From: Antedon mediterranea | Lineage: Eukaryota; Animalia; Echinodermata | Length of the DNA: 64,000 nucleotides | Reading direction: 5' to 3' | Assembly (NCBI RefSeq): GCF_964355755.1 | Contig: NC_092679.1 | Location: forward strand, 12,879,432 to 12,943,431 | Shown here: one piece after another, positions 24,410-38,670 of the stretch | Layout of the letters: each line of letters begins with the position of its first letter | How positions within the stretch are numbered: the stretch's first letter is position 1 | The notes under the pieces: generated by a model | The model's database searches: none | Seen by the model: the letters and a program-made list of their open reading frames with translations, nothing else | What the model was told of the DNA's origin: nothing | Translations under genes and position numbers: made by a program

Positions 24410-26215
24410 AACTACAGTGAATTAACTATACTGTCAACACTATTAAACTGGAAACTACAATGAAACTACACTGTCAACGTTATTAAACTAGAAACTACAG
24501 TGAAACTACACTGTCAACGTTATTAAACTAGAAACTACAGTGAAACTACACGGTCAACGTTATGAAACTAGAAACTACAGTGAAACTACACTGTCAACGT
24601 TATTAAACTAGAAACTACAGTGAAACTACACGGTCAACGTTATGAAACTAGAAACTACAGTGAAACTACACTGTCAACGTTATTAAACTAGAAACTACAG
24701 TGAACTACACTGTCAACGTTATGAAACTAGAAACTACAGTGAAACTACACTGTCAACGTTATTAAACTAGAAACTACAGTGAACTACACTGTCAACGTTA
24801 TTAAACTAGAAACTACAGTGAAACTACACGGTCAACGTTATTAAACTAGAAACTACAGTGAACTACACTGTCAACGTTATGAAACTAGAAACTACAGTGA
24901 AACTACACTGTCAACGTTATTAAACTAGAAACTACAGTGAACTACACTGTCAACGTTATTAAACTAGAAACTACAGTGAAACTACACGGTCAACGTTATT
25001 AAACTAGAAACTACAGTGAAACTACACGGTCAACGTTATGGAACTAGAAACTACAGTGAACTACACTGTCAACGTTATTAAACTAGAAACTACAGTGAAC
25101 TACACTGTCAACGTTATTAAACTAGAAACTACAGTGAACTACACTGTCAACGTTATTAAACTGGAAACTACAGTGAAACTACACGGTCAACGTTATGAAA
25201 CTAGAAACTACAGTGAAACTACACTGTCAACGTTATGAAACTAGAAACTACAGTGAAACTACACGGTCAACGTTATGAAACTAGAAACTACAGTGAAACT
25301 ACACGTCCTGTCAACGTTATTAAACTACAAACTACAGTGAACTACACTGTCAACGTTATTAAACTAGAAACTACAGTGAAACTACACGGTCAACGTTATT
25401 AAACTAGAAACTACAGTGAAACTACACTGTCAACGTTATTAAACTGGAAATTACAGTGAAACTACACTGTCAACGTTATTAAACTGGAAATTACAGTGAA
25501 ACTACACTGTCAACGTTATTAAACTGGAAACTACAGTGAAGCAACACTGTCAACGTTATTTAACTGGAAACTACACTGAACTACACTGTCAACGTTATTA
25601 AACTGGAAACTACAGTGAAGCAACACTGTCAACGTTATTAAACTGGAAACAGTGGAACTACACGGTCAACGTTATTAAACTAGAAACTACAGTGAACTAC
25701 ACTGTCAACGTTATTAAACTAGAAATTACAGTGAAACTACACTGTCAACGTTATTAAACTGGAAACTACAGTGAAGCTACACTGTCAACGTTATTAAACT
25801 GGAAACAGTGGAACTACACGGTCAACGTTATTAAACTAGAAACTACAGTGAACTACACTGTCAACGTTATTAAACTAGAAATTACAATGAACTACACTGT
25901 CAACGTTATTAAACTGGAAACTACACTGTCAACGTTATTAAACTGGAAACTACAGTGAAACTACACTGTCAACGTTATTAAAATGTAAACAGTGGAACTA
26001 CACTGTCAACGTTATTAAAATGGAAACAGTGGAACTACACGGTCAATGTTATTAAACTGGAAACAGTGGAACTACACGGTCAACGTTATTACTGGAAACA
26101 GTGGAACTACATGGTCAACGTTATTAAACTGGAAACAGTGGAACTACACGGTCAACCTTATTAAACTGGAAACAGTGGAACTACACGGTTAACATTATTA
26201 CTGGAAACTACAGTT
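24410..26215. repeat. Minisatellite, 39-40 bp unit, about 45 copies
   Basis: Unit aactagaaactacagtg(a)aactacactgtcaacgttatta. Shorter variants cluster at the right end. Confidence 0.95.
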
Positions 26216-26518
26216 AAAGTACTCAATTAGTGTAGAAATCAATACATGAATCAATTAACAGCGGCTATTATATGTACATTAAATGCAATTCTGCTCAATA
26301 ATAATAATATGCATCGCCATATCTACATAGAAATACACAATATCATGAATATTAGCATTAAATAAATAGCAAATACATCTATCTAACAGAGTATTATATG
26401 TTAGACACAATTTCTCGTTACCACGTGTAGTAGCATATAAATAACCTCCACTGTGTAAACTAAACCTAACCCTTTAACTATACACAGTTTAAGTGTATCC
26501 AATCTGTATTAAGTGTAT

Positions 26519-28644
26519 CTAATTTTCATAGCTCAAAAAATCTCCATCTGTTTTAACAAGATCATTAACAAAACGAATTCCCTTTTTAAACCATAGTACA
26601 CTGTTTTTTTTGTATCTCTTTATGTCACTATTTATCCATAAAGATGAACTTAAAACTCCATTTAAATCTAAATTTGCATTTCTAATTTTTGTCAATTCAG
26701 CCCAGGAATTCAAAACATCCTTCCAAAACGGGTTGCTTAACCTTTTTGAAATTTCAAACAGTGGAGAGGATCCATAATCGAAAATTGAGCAGGATGTCTT
26801 TACAAAAGTGTTGAACATTGAATTTATATTGTCATCCTGTCTTACTCTCCTCATCCATGCTACTTTCACAGATTTTACATAACAAAAAAAATCTACCATT
26901 TTTGTTCCACCCTCTGAGTATCCTTGCATTTCTTTTAACCCTATCGGGCTTATTATCCCAAATAAATTTTAAAAAGGAATTGTGTATTTTCTGAAGTGTT
27001 TTCAGGTCTGGGTTTGGTAATGCATTAAACAGATAGTTAAGTTTTGATAGCATCAAAGATTTACAGACAACAATTCTTCCTAAAACTGTCAGCCTTCTTT
27101 TCGACCACACCTCTAGAAGCTTGTTAATTTTTTCTACTGCAGGTCCATAATTTAGGTCTAGCATTTTATTAAGGTCAAGTGAGAAATGTACTCCGAGTAG
27201 TTTTATGTTACTATATTTTCTTGCCCCAATCCATATGGCTACTGATTTTTCAAAATTTATTTGCAGTCCTGACATTTTTTTTTTATTCAAAATAAATGTT
27301 GTGTCATCTTCATATTGCTTTATAGAAATATTTAACCCATCTAACTGGTAACCTCTGATTTGTTGGTTTTGTCGCACCATATCCCCAAGTATTTCTGCAC
27401 ACAGAATAAAAATATATGGCGATAGTGGGTCTCCTTTTCTACATCCTCTTAATACATTGAAAAAACAAGATAAATGACCATTAACTGTAACACATGACTT
27501 TGCTTTTGCATTTAAAACATGATACCCTTGAATGAAATCTTCGCCAAATCCAACAAAGTTAAGTACATTTTTAACAAATTGTCTAGACAAAGAATCAAAA
27601 GCTTTTTTAAAGTTAACTAAAAATAATAAACCTTCTTGCTTATGATTTTCAGCATGTGAAATGATGTCATAGATGCAACGAATGCCAACCACTTTGGTCT
27701 CTGTTTATAAGTGTTGGCAGTACTTCTTTTAAAAGATTATTTGTATTTGTATTTTGTATTTTGTATTTTGTATTAATATTTGTCCTCAGTGAGGAAATTC
27801 GGATTAGGCCCTCCACGGACCCACGGCAGCCAGCAGTGCAGCGCCTACCAGATTAGGCAATGAGAGTAAATCATCTTGCCTAAGGATGCAATTAGTATGG
27901 TACAGATAACCTCGAACCCATGCCTATCACATGCTAGTCCGATATTACCATTACACCATCACTCTCCAGTATATACAGCACCCGCCACGATTTCTAGACG
28001 GTCTCCCATCCAGAACGCAACCGGGCCCAACGTTGCTTAACTTCGGTGATCTGACGAGAACCGGTGTTTCAACGCAGTATGGCCGTATATTAGCAATAGC
28101 TGATGCTACAATTTTATATGGTACATGCAATAGAGATATTGGACGCCAGTTACTTATTTTGTTTCTACCTTTTAAGGCCTTAGGCAACAGAGTGATTATT
28201 CCTTGTCTTTGTGTAATTGATAATTTACCACTTTTAAAAGCATAGTTTAGTGATTTAAGAATAAATGGTGAAATGTCTCCTCAAAAACATCTTAAAAAAT
28301 TCTACTGTAAAACCGTCCGATCCAGGTGATTTACCATTTTTCATATTTTTTAAGGATGATGTTATATCGGACATAGTTAAAGTGACCTCTAAAGCAGTTT
28401 TTTCAGATATTGCTAATCGTTTTACATAGTTTGAAAACAACAATTTCTCTAATTCACAATGTTCTACTTTGGAAAAGGAATATAAGGTTTTATAGTCTGT
28501 CACTTCATTCATTATATCATTTTGACTAAGGAGCTTATCTTCATTGTTATTTTGTAACTCGTGAATCATTTTATTAACATAATTTCGTTTTTCCAAATTT
28601 AAAAAATATTTTGTAGGCTTTTCACCTTGCAGTAGGCTTTTCAC
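26519..28644 (-). mobile_element. Decayed L1-Tx1 clade LINE ORF2 fragment
   Basis: GEKPTKYFLNLEKRN, GKSPGSDGFTVEFFK, NWRPISLL, RGCRKGDPLSPYIF, QYEDD (decayed YADD) and FIWDNKPDRVKR. Frameshifted and interrupted by a SINE. Confidence 0.9.
27737..28088 (-). mobile_element. Chimeric 5S rRNA + tRNA-derived SINE (SINE3-type)
   Basis: Minus 28088-27972 is 5S-like (tacggccatactgcgttgaaacaccggttctcgtcagatcaccgaagttaagcaacgttgggcccgg...ggatgggagaccg). A tRNA-like part follows (TGGTGTAATGG, GGTTCGAGG), then tccttaggcaagat and an (ATACAAA)n tail. It splits the Tx1 ORF between SAIAN and LKEVLP. Confidence 0.85.
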
Positions 28645-28839
28645 CTTGTATGTTATATTATTTTGCTTTAACTGTGACTACATTTAGACATGGTATGGTA
28701 TAGTTGAAATATAATCTACTATATAGCAGCTATAGCTGAGGTTTCAGGCAAGTGACCAATGTCACAGTAGGATAATAAAATAACAGCTATTCCAAGGCTA
28801 TTTTAAGCCTGTTTGTTATAGTTGGTGTAAAGCAACTGC

Positions 28840-29982
28840 ACAGCTATGTGTTTGCTATTTATGGCTATATGAGGTATAGCAATTGCACAGCTATTTGTTT
28901 GCTATTTATGGCTATATCATATATAGCAATTACAAGGCTATTTGTTTGCTATTTATGGCTATATCAAGTACAGCATTTGCAAGCTATTTGTAGGCTATTT
29001 ATGGCTATATCAAGTATAGCAATTACACAGATATTTATTTGCTATTTATGGCTATATCAAGTATAATAATTACAGTTATTTGTTTGCTATTTTTGCTATT
29101 ACCAAGTATAGCAATTGCACAGCTATTTATTTGCTATTTATGGCTATATCAAGTATAGTAATTACACAGCTATTTGTTTGCTCTTTATGGCTATTACCAA
29201 GTATAGCAATTAACAGTTATTTGTTTGCTAATATGGCTATATCAAGTATAGTAATTACGCAGCTATTTGTTTGCTATTTATAACTATATCAAGTATAGCA
29301 ATTAACAGCTATTTGTTTGCTATTTATGGCTATATCAAGTATAGCAATTACACAGATATTTGTTTGCTATTTATGGCTATATCAAGTATAGTAATTAACA
29401 GTTATTTGTTTGCTATTTATGGCTATATCAAGTATAGCAATTAACAGTTATTTGTTTGCTATTTATGGCTATATCAAGTATAGCAATTACACAGATATTT
29501 GTTTGCTATTTATAACTATATCAAGTATAGCAATTAACAGCTATTTGTTTGCTATTTATGGCTATATCAAGTATAGCAATTAACAGTTATTTGTTTGCTA
29601 TTTATGGCTATATCAAGTATAGCAATTACACAGATATTTGTTTGCTATTTATAACTATATCAAGTATAGCAATTAACAGCTATTTGTTTGCTATTTATGG
29701 CTATATCAAGTATAGCAATTAACAGTTATTTGTTTGCTATTTATGGCTATATCAAGTATAGCAATTACACAGATATTTGTTTGCTATTTATGGCTATATC
29801 AAATATAGCAATTAAGTTACACAGTTATTTGTTTGCTATTTATGGCTATATCAAGTATAGCAATTGCACAGCTATTTGTTTGCTATTTACGGCTATATCA
29901 AGTATAGCAATTAACAGCTATTTGTTTGCTATTTATGACTATATCAAGTATAGCAATTAACAGCTATTTGTTTGCTATTTAT
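28840..29982. repeat. Minisatellite, 46-47 bp unit, about 24 copies
   Basis: Unit gctatttgtttgctatttatggctatatcaagtatagcaatta(c)aca. Confidence 0.95.
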
Positions 29983-30200
29983 GGGCCTGTTTCTGCTGAG
30001 CAGAAATAATCGATTATTAACCGTTTATTTTTTTAACCGTTTATTTTTTTAATCGATTATTTTTGGGCAGCAGAAACGGCGCAAAATAAAATAACCGATT
30101 AAAAATAACCGATTAAAAACACTCAATCCATTGCGTGTTTTAATCGATTATTTCTTGTTTTAACCGATTATTGCGGAGCAGTTTTGAGCTGCAACACAAA
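29983..30200 (+). mobile_element. End of a possible PIF/Harbinger-like element
   Basis: gggcctgtttctgctgagca also occurs at 51830. Subterminal aaccgatta/aatcgatta repeats follow. No opposite end found. Confidence 0.4.
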
Positions 30201-31009
30201 TAGCGATTATTGACCTCACTTTGACCTCTAGAGTATGACAAACTTATTCACGTCACAAAACATGCTGTTTATTTGCGCGATATCGACGACGATCAGCAAA
30301 ACCACGATCGCGATGTAGACCGAATAACAATCAAATGTTAAACATTTGATTTTTATTATTTTGTGGGGGAGAATTATACCGAGAGACTCCAGGATTCTGT
30401 GTTACAAGTACACCCGTTACATACCACCAGTCCAGGCTAACGATGTTTTACATGTCATTTTTTAGGCCTGTTGTCTGTTGACTTGTTTCGGTAGAAATAT
30501 ATAGCCTAGGCCTAGCAGGCCGAAGGTAGAACCAACAAACGGCGAAACGAACTTTTTTCGCCGACGTGTCCTTATTAATATAACATCATTATTAAAACAA
30601 ACTGCTGTAAATAATAATGTTACCGATCTTATTAAAAGTTTTACTAACAAATTTTATTTTATTTATATTTTTGCTTTGTGTACACGTCAACTAACAATCG
30701 AATAACAGTTTTCTCATCGCAACTTGTACAATGTAATTTAGAAAACTACAACCATTTTTCAATAAACATACACATCATAAAACGTACATTTCTAGCCTAA
30801 CAAAATTTTTCAAAACTTTCTATTATTTAAAAGTCGAAGATAGCCAGGTCTCGGGTCCATTCTATTGTCGCCACAGATTGATATCTTCATCAGTACTTCT
30901 ATGAATGGATGATTAGGTGGGAACACGAATGCTAGTTGATCATACCCAGTACCGTTTTGATCGTACCGTTTTGATCGTACGATTAATTGGGAAACCACCT
31001 CACGACATT

Positions 31010-31535
31010 AATAGCACCTCTTTTTGTCGAAGCAAGAGCAGTTAACTGTTCAGGCCTATTACTCCTTGCAAGATTGTACTTGATGACATGCCAAATAAAT
31101 ATTATTATTATTTATTTTGATTATAAAGTTTTCTTCAATGCAAATGTGTAATTATAAATTTTTTTAAATACTGCTCAATTTTTTTTTTGTAAAACAGAAA
31201 TGGCCAAATTATATGTTTTATTGTAGATTAATTCTATTAAACATGTTAGTCACCAGTCTATTGTTAAACATGTCAAGTTTTAAGATGTATTGTCCCCCTG
31301 AACAAATAATTTTAAGAATAATAATAAGATACAAATGCTATATTCTGCTTATTTATGCTTTTTATGCTTTAACCAATCCTGCCTTAGTGCATTAATAGCA
31401 TGTCTTTGTTGTCGGAGCAAGAACAGTTAACTGTTCAGGCCTATGCCTATGGCTTACTCCTTGAAAGATTGTACTTGATGACATGCCAAATAAATATTAT
31501 TATTTCTTTTGATTTTAAAGTTGTCTTCAATGCAA
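31010..31535 (+). repeat. Local direct duplication of about 130-145 bp
   Basis: 31010-31145 matches 31390-31535. Confidence 0.8.
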
Positions 31536-32033
31536 AGGCCCGGATTAGAATCTAAGTTGGGGCAAATTTTTCTCATTCTTACAGATTTCCTCATGTTATC
31601 ATTTCAAATTAATTAATTAAATTTCAGTATATCACCGAGCGGTTTAGAATTAATGTTCTATGCCTAAAGGAGAAAAGTAAAGATAAATGGCAGCAGGATG
31701 TCATCAATGATTGTGGAAACAATCAAGGTTTTCTATTTAAAAAAAAACAATAGCCTTTCACTATCATTCCAAGACTAAATGTCTTCATTTGAACAAATAT
31801 TAAAAACCTAAAGAATCTTTTTTATTTTTAGAAATCAATTCAGAATACAAACAAATATTCACTTATCTTAATTTTTTGGGTTTTTTTTCAAAAATTCCCC
31901 AATATTTTTGGTTTGGAGTTTATTGACCAATAACAATATGCTATGAATGAATTGTTGTTTTGAATTTTTCATTGATTTGAGATATTGAGAGAGTTGGTGT
32001 ACTTTTGTAATAAATCCATTTAGTATTATTGCC

Positions 32034-34881
32034 CGTATCCGGACAACTACCCCCTGGACAATAACCACCGGACAACTACCACCCGGACAAAACCCCCATA
32101 GGACAACTACCACCCGAACATTTACCTCCTAGGACAACTACCCTCTAGGACAACTACCCCCTTAGGACAACTACCACCCGGACAACTACCCCCTAGGACA
32201 ACTACCACCCGGAAAACTACCCCCTAGGAAAACTACCCCCTAGGACAACTACCCTCTAGGACAACTACCCTCTATGACAACTACCCTCTAGGACAACTTC
32301 TATTTTATTTATATTTCCTCGGATCTGGGACTTGATCCTTCAGATGTCCGGACATTTACCTCCTAGGACAACTACCCTCTAGGACAACTACCTCCTTAGG
32401 ACAACTACCACCCGGACAACTACCACCTGGACAACTACCCCTAGGACAACTACCCCCTAGAACAACTACCCCCTAGGACAACTACCCCCTAGAACAACTA
32501 CCCTCTAGGACAACTATCGCCCGGAAAACTACCCCCTAGGAAAACTACCCCCTAGGACAACTACCCTCTATGACAACTACCCTCTAGAACAACTACCCTC
32601 TAGGACAACTTCTATTTTATTTATATTTTCTCGGATCTGGGACTTAATCCTGTCAGATGTCCAGGACATATGCGCAGACCTACTTGATGTTAAAACTTTT
32701 TCTGAAATACTTAAACAAGTAATCTACGAAAGAAAACTTTAGTGTTAGTGTTGCTTATTTTTTATTTTATATTACTAGATGGTACGCGAGCGAAGCGAGC
32801 GTACCATCTAGGTCCGTGCCCACAGATGGTTCTCGAATACATAATAATTTCAGCGTTAAAAAAACTGGCGATTTCAAATGTATACGTACCGCAGGGCAAT
32901 AATACATGTCGTTTACAGGAACAAATAAATAGACACTGTGATTTATGTACTGTAAAATTAGTAGCCTGGGAATTACTTCCGAAAGAGAAACTTGTCACAA
33001 AATGAGACCAATTGTTTAAGTCAAATTTAAACAAACTTAAAATGTGTTTTGTATGTAACATTAGGGTTGATGGATGGGGAAGAGGATGGGTGCAAAGAGG
33101 AACAATTTTTAAATATATTCTTTACCCATTTATTAACGAAATATTAATTGTTTTCATGTTTTACAAATAATATACCACTAAACACAGTAAAACATTGCGA
33201 TTTAATACTTTGTTGAAACTATCACCGTCATAGTCGATTGAAATAGTACAGTACATGTAACGATACATTACTACGACATGTTTATATAATGTAAAACAAT
33301 TTGTGAAAACCACCTCTATTCGGCGAAAATCATGAATTCGATTTAATCGTCAATAAATATTAAATTATCTAACTCAACTTAATTAGTAGGCCTAATGGTT
33401 TTCAATTGTTTCTTAGAGCAAATTCATACTTAAGTTGGTTCCTACCCTACCCACCCCCTACCCACCAAAGTTGCGTTTAGGGCATGTGATGTACCGTAGG
33501 CCTATCCTCTACTGGTTTTACAACGCTACTCATGCCAGTGAGGGAAGGGTGATGATATGGGTGGTTTAACTGCAATAATAAAGATGTGTACATAATATAC
33601 GGCGAGTGAAAACGCTAGCTCATTATCCGTTTAAAAAAAATTTATATCCAACCTCTGCAGCACAGATTGAAAAAAAAATGGATCGAATTTCTGTTATGAG
33701 TATACAGTACCTGTACTTGCCTTTACGACGCCTGAGGGAATAGACACTTGTGGAACAGAGATTGGAATGTTCCATTCATCGCAAATCAATACATTTGTAT
33801 AAACGTATATTAAATCTATCAAAATAGTATTTTTTTAAAGAAAATCGGCCTGTCTTCAACATTATGATGCTATACTCGAGCTGTTCAACCGGTTTTCAGC
33901 CATTAAAAACAATTATCGTAGGAGGAGATAGGAAAATGCGAAGCATCCTCGTATTATTGTCTGCGGGTATTTTTCAAGACGGACATCCATTAGACAGTGT
34001 ATACCACCATCGACAAACACCCCTATTTGGGGCAAATCGTTGAACCTAAATTCGTTTTAATCGTCAATAACTAACTATCGAACTCAATTTAATCAGTAAA
34101 CAGGGTTACATCAGGTGGTTAAAATCAGTACCGAAAGTACGAACCAACTTTATATACCATCGAGTAAACATTCTAGAAATAACGCGCGATTTACCGAATT
34201 TTGCCCTTACGTAAATTTATATATAGATTCAGTATGTATCTATCATGATCTTATATGAGTTTGAAATAACCAATGTTTGGTCTTAACCAGTCTATTTAAT
34301 TATATTAAATTTGTAAATTTGGGATGGGACGTCCCATCGAAAGCCAGTAAAATCCGGAATAAATTGAATTGAATATTCCCCTTGGAAAACTACCCCTCTA
34401 GAACAACAACACACTCTTGACAACCACAAATAGAATAACTAATCTCATGACACCTACACCTTAGTCTTCCATTTAATTTAATTTATTTTGCTTTATTCTA
34501 ATAATAAATTACATTTGACATGAAGATGCCATATAGAAATCTAGGAACACAGTTTACCAAGTTGCACCAGTCATCGAAAATCATATAAACATTTTTTTTT
34601 ATCAGCCCCTTACTATCGATACAATTGGCCTGATTTTGTTCATTCTTTTTCAAAACAAATGTTTTACCGTAAGAGCTTATGTCATGCTGTTTAATGACAT
34701 TATAGTCCACTAAAAATATGGAATATTGGTTTGACTGTTAGTAGTACTAGGAGGTAGTTGTTCTAGGGAGTAGTTTTCCTATGGGTAGTTGTTCTAGGGG
34801 GTAGTTGTCCTAGGGGGTAGTTGTCCTAGGGGGTAGTTGTCCTAGGGGGTAGTTGTCCTAGGGGGTAGTTGTCCTAGACCC
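32034..34881. mobile_element. Foldback/Mutator-like non-autonomous element with modular ends and 8-bp TSD
   Basis: Arrays of ggacaactacc(c)cta at 32040-32610 and their reverse complement at 34750-34877. TTATTGCC flanks both ends (32026-32033 and 34882-34889). A Helitron is nested inside. Confidence 0.75.
32775..34227 (-). mobile_element. Non-autonomous Helitron, full length
   Basis: Minus strand A|TC...CTAG|T with the hairpin gatggtacgc..gcgtaccatc next to CTAG. No TSD. Three copies in the window. Confidence 0.88.
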
Positions 34882-35866
34882 TTATTGCCTTATCACAATT
34901 GTTTGGTGCTTTACAAAAATGAATTTTTTAGGGGATTTCCAGATGTTAAAATTCTATTTTAAAAATGGGTAACAATGTTTTTAGTATATTTATATTGATG
35001 AAATGGACAAAAAGGCTCATAGATTTATGGAATTTTTATTTATGTACGGTAATTTTACTCAATTCTAAGCTATATTTTTACCAAAGTTTAACGTTTTAAA
35101 AACCTGTGGAACAAATGAAAAAATATTTCATATTTTATTTTAAGGTTCTATCATTAGAAAACTTTATTATATGGTAGCCGTACATTTTAAAATAATAAAA
35201 TAAAAAATTGCGATGTTCTAGGGCACAATTGCTCATTCCAAAATAACTATAAATAGACATGTTGGAACTATATGTACAGTACCATCCATAATCTGATTGG
35301 GTTCCAGGCTTTAAAACTACTACCACTACTGTATCATTTGAACAAGACTGAGAAGAGAAAAGATGCTGATAAGATACCGTACTTCTTACTGTCACTGATG
35401 GTAGCTCTGGCATTCTCAGACAGCTATGTTGTAGCCCGTGTTGTAGATACTGTAGAACAGGATGGTGTTCCTCAAATACTGGTTGTTATTAAAATTGGAT
35501 GTGGTGATGAGACAGAAAAAAAAGGTAAAATTAATAATAAAATATATCCTGTTAACTGAGTAAAAGCTTTAATATAAATATGCAAATTAGCTATAAAACC
35601 CATATTTTCACGATATCTCCTAAACTAATAATCCATTTATTACACTTTTTGTGGCAAAACCTATGTTTTCATACCCAATGAACACATTCAATGATCAAAT
35701 ACCATGTATACCAGGTGAAAACGCAATTAAAATCATGCTTTAGTGATTTTTGTCTAAAATTAACATTTTTTTCTGTAAATTTTGGTTCAGATAACCGGCT
35801 ACCCGAGCTTTCTATTGTTACTATGAACCAGGCACAATATTAACAGATCACTGTTAATTAGTGTAA

Positions 35867-37307
35867 CTAGATGGTACGCGAGCGTACCATCTAGGTCGTG
35901 CTCACAGATGGTTCTCGAATACATAATAATTTCAGCGTTAAAAAATTGACGATTTCAAATGTACGTACAATAATACATGTCGTTTACAGGAACGAATAAA
36001 TAGACACTGATTTATGTACTCAACTAAAATTAGCACCCTGGGAATTACTTCCGAAAGAGAAACTTGTCACAAAATGAGACCAATTGTTTAAGTCAAATTT
36101 AAACAAACTTAATTTGTGTTTTGTATGTAACATTAGGGTTGAAGGATGGGTGCAAAGAGGAACAATTTTTAAATATATTCTTTATCCATTTAGTAACAAA
36201 ATATTAATTGTTTTCATGTTTTACAAATAATATACCACTAAACACAGTAAAACATTGCGATGTAATACTTTGTTGAAACTATCAGTATCACCGTCCTAGT
36301 AGATTGAAATAGCAGTACATGTAACGATACATCACTACTATACGACGTGTATGTTTATATAATGTAAAACAATTTGTGAAAACCACCTCAATTCGGGGAA
36401 AATCATAAATTCGATTTAATCGTCAATAAATATTAAATTATCTAACTCAACTTAATTAGTAGGCCTAATGGTTTTCAATTGTTTCTTAGAGCCAAGTCAT
36501 ACTTAAGTTGGTTCCTACCCTACCCACCAAAGTTGTTTTGCGTTTAGGGCATATGATGCACCGTAGGCCTATCAGGCTCTACTATGGCTTTACAACGCTA
36601 CTCATGCCAATGAGGGAAGGGTGATGATGTGGGTGGTTTAACTGCAATAATAAAGATTTGTACATAATATACGGCGACTGAAAGCGCTAGCACTAGCTCA
36701 TTATCCATTTAAAAAAAATTATATCCAACCTCTGCAGCACAGATTGAAAAAAAAATGGATCGAATTTCTGTTATGAGTGTACAGTACTTTCCTTTACGAC
36801 GCCTGAGGGAATAGACACTTGTGGAATGACACAGAGATTGGAATGTTCCATTCATCGCAAATCAAAACATTTGTATTTGTATAAACGTATATTAAATCTA
36901 TCAAAATAGTATTTTTTTAAGAAAATAGGCCTGTCTTCAACATTATGATACTGTACTCGAGCTGTGCAACCGGTTTTCAGCTATTAAAAACAATTATCGT
37001 AGGAGGAGATAGGAAAATGCGAAGCCTCCTCGCATTTTTGTGGCGGGTATTTTTCAAGATGGACATCCATTAGACAGTGTATACCACGATCGGAAAACAC
37101 CCCTATTTGGGGCAAATCTTTCAACCTAAATTCGTTTTAATCGTCAATAACTAATTAACTAACTTAATTTAATTAGTAAACAGGGTTATATCAGATGGTT
37201 AAAATCAGTACCGAAAGTATGAACCAACTTTATATACCATCGAGTAAAAATACAATAAATTAACCGGGATTTATCGAATTTTGCCCTTACGTAAATTTAT
37301 ATATAGA
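35867..37307 (-). mobile_element. Non-autonomous Helitron, full length
   Basis: Same family as 32775-34227. A|TC...CTAG|T with hairpin gatggtacgc-ga-gcgtaccatc. Confidence 0.88.
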
Positions 37308-37904
37308 TGGAGCTCACTATAAAAATCATGGGACTACAAGCAAACACTCTAAAATTGTTAACATGAGAACAATTTCAGACATAAATTTTAGGGGGAAAGG
37401 GATTTGCAAAATTCAAATTTTATATGCCTATTAAGTCACAGAAACAAATGGGCCAAAAAAACAAATCTACATATTAATATTAATCACTTATCAAAATATT
37501 GCACCCTCTATTATTGCACTGAGAGAATCAAAGCTAGAAGATATATTGGAATATATATATATTTGAATAAATATTTTACAACTTTTGTTTATTGCCCATA
37601 ACGAAATAATTAAGTATATTTAGATAGTCTTTAATAGAAATAGCTCTATCCTTAGTAGGCTTAATAGGCCGTTAGTAGTTTTTTTCTCTTGGCTACTAAG
37701 GATTTTATCATAATTTCTTTGACTACTTTCTGACTACATAAAATAGATAGGTGACATAATAGGTACTACCTATTAAAAGTACACAGTAAGTAGTTGTATC
37801 ATAGTTGATGTAGCACTATTTAAAGTAGGTCTTTAAGCTACACCATTGTTAGTAGTTTTTAATAGATATTTTTCACCTTAAGAGTTTTTATGTAGACAGG
37901 GAAT

Positions 37905-38670
37905 AGTCTCCATCTATCTATATATAATAGATATTTAGTAGGTATGAAAAAAAAGTTAAATGTAGTTTGTTAATAGGTTATAGATAGCTGTTGTCTATCT
38001 ATTATAAGTAGACAGTTGATAGATAATACAAAACTGTGTTACTCATAGATTTCTAATAGACTTGTAGTAGTCTCCATCTATCTATATATAATAGATATTT
38101 AGTAGGTATGGAATATAAGTTAAACGTAGTTTGTTAATAGGTTATAGATAGCTGTTGTCTATCTATTATAAGTAGACAGTTGATAGATAATACAAAACTG
38201 TGTTACTCATAGATTTCTAATAGACTTGTAGTAGTCTCCATCTATCTATATATAATAGATATTTAGTAGGTATGGAATATAAGTTAAACGTAGTTTGTTA
38301 ATAGGTTATAGATAGCTGTTGTCTATCTATTATAAGTAGACAGTTGATAGATAATACAAAACTGTATTACTCATAGATTTCTAATAGACTTGTAGTAGTC
38401 TCCATCTATCTATATATAATAGATATTTAGTAGGTATGGAATATAAGTTAAACGTAGTTTGTTAATAGGTTATAGATAGCTGTTGTCTATCTATTATAAG
38501 TAGACAGTTGATAGATAATACAAAACTGTGTTACTCATAGATTTCTAATAGACTTGTAGTAGTCTCCATCTATCTATATATAATAGATATTTAGTAGGTA
38601 TGGAATATAAGTTAAATGTAAAATGTAAAATGTAGTTTGTTAATAGGTTATAGATAGCCGTTGTCTATAT
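37905..38670. repeat. 164-bp tandem repeat, about 4.5 copies
   Basis: tctccatctatc recurs at 38071, 38235, 38399 and 38563. Confidence 0.92.

Noticed and set aside
24410-26215. CRISPR-like array or repeat protein (ORF 25038-25238)
   Set aside because: Head-to-tail units with no unique spacers and no cas genes. Mixed 39/40-bp units break the frame.
27972-28088. Functional 5S rRNA gene
   Set aside because: Diverged, lacks an oligo-T terminator, continues into a SINE body and tail, and is inserted within a LINE.
28848-29960. Hydrophobic ORFs
   Set aside because: They are translations of the 46-47 bp minisatellite.
35272-35274. Upstream in-frame ATG rescuing FReD2
   Set aside because: Only about 18 nt after the TATA box, so probably upstream of the transcription start. 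It is absent in copy 1.
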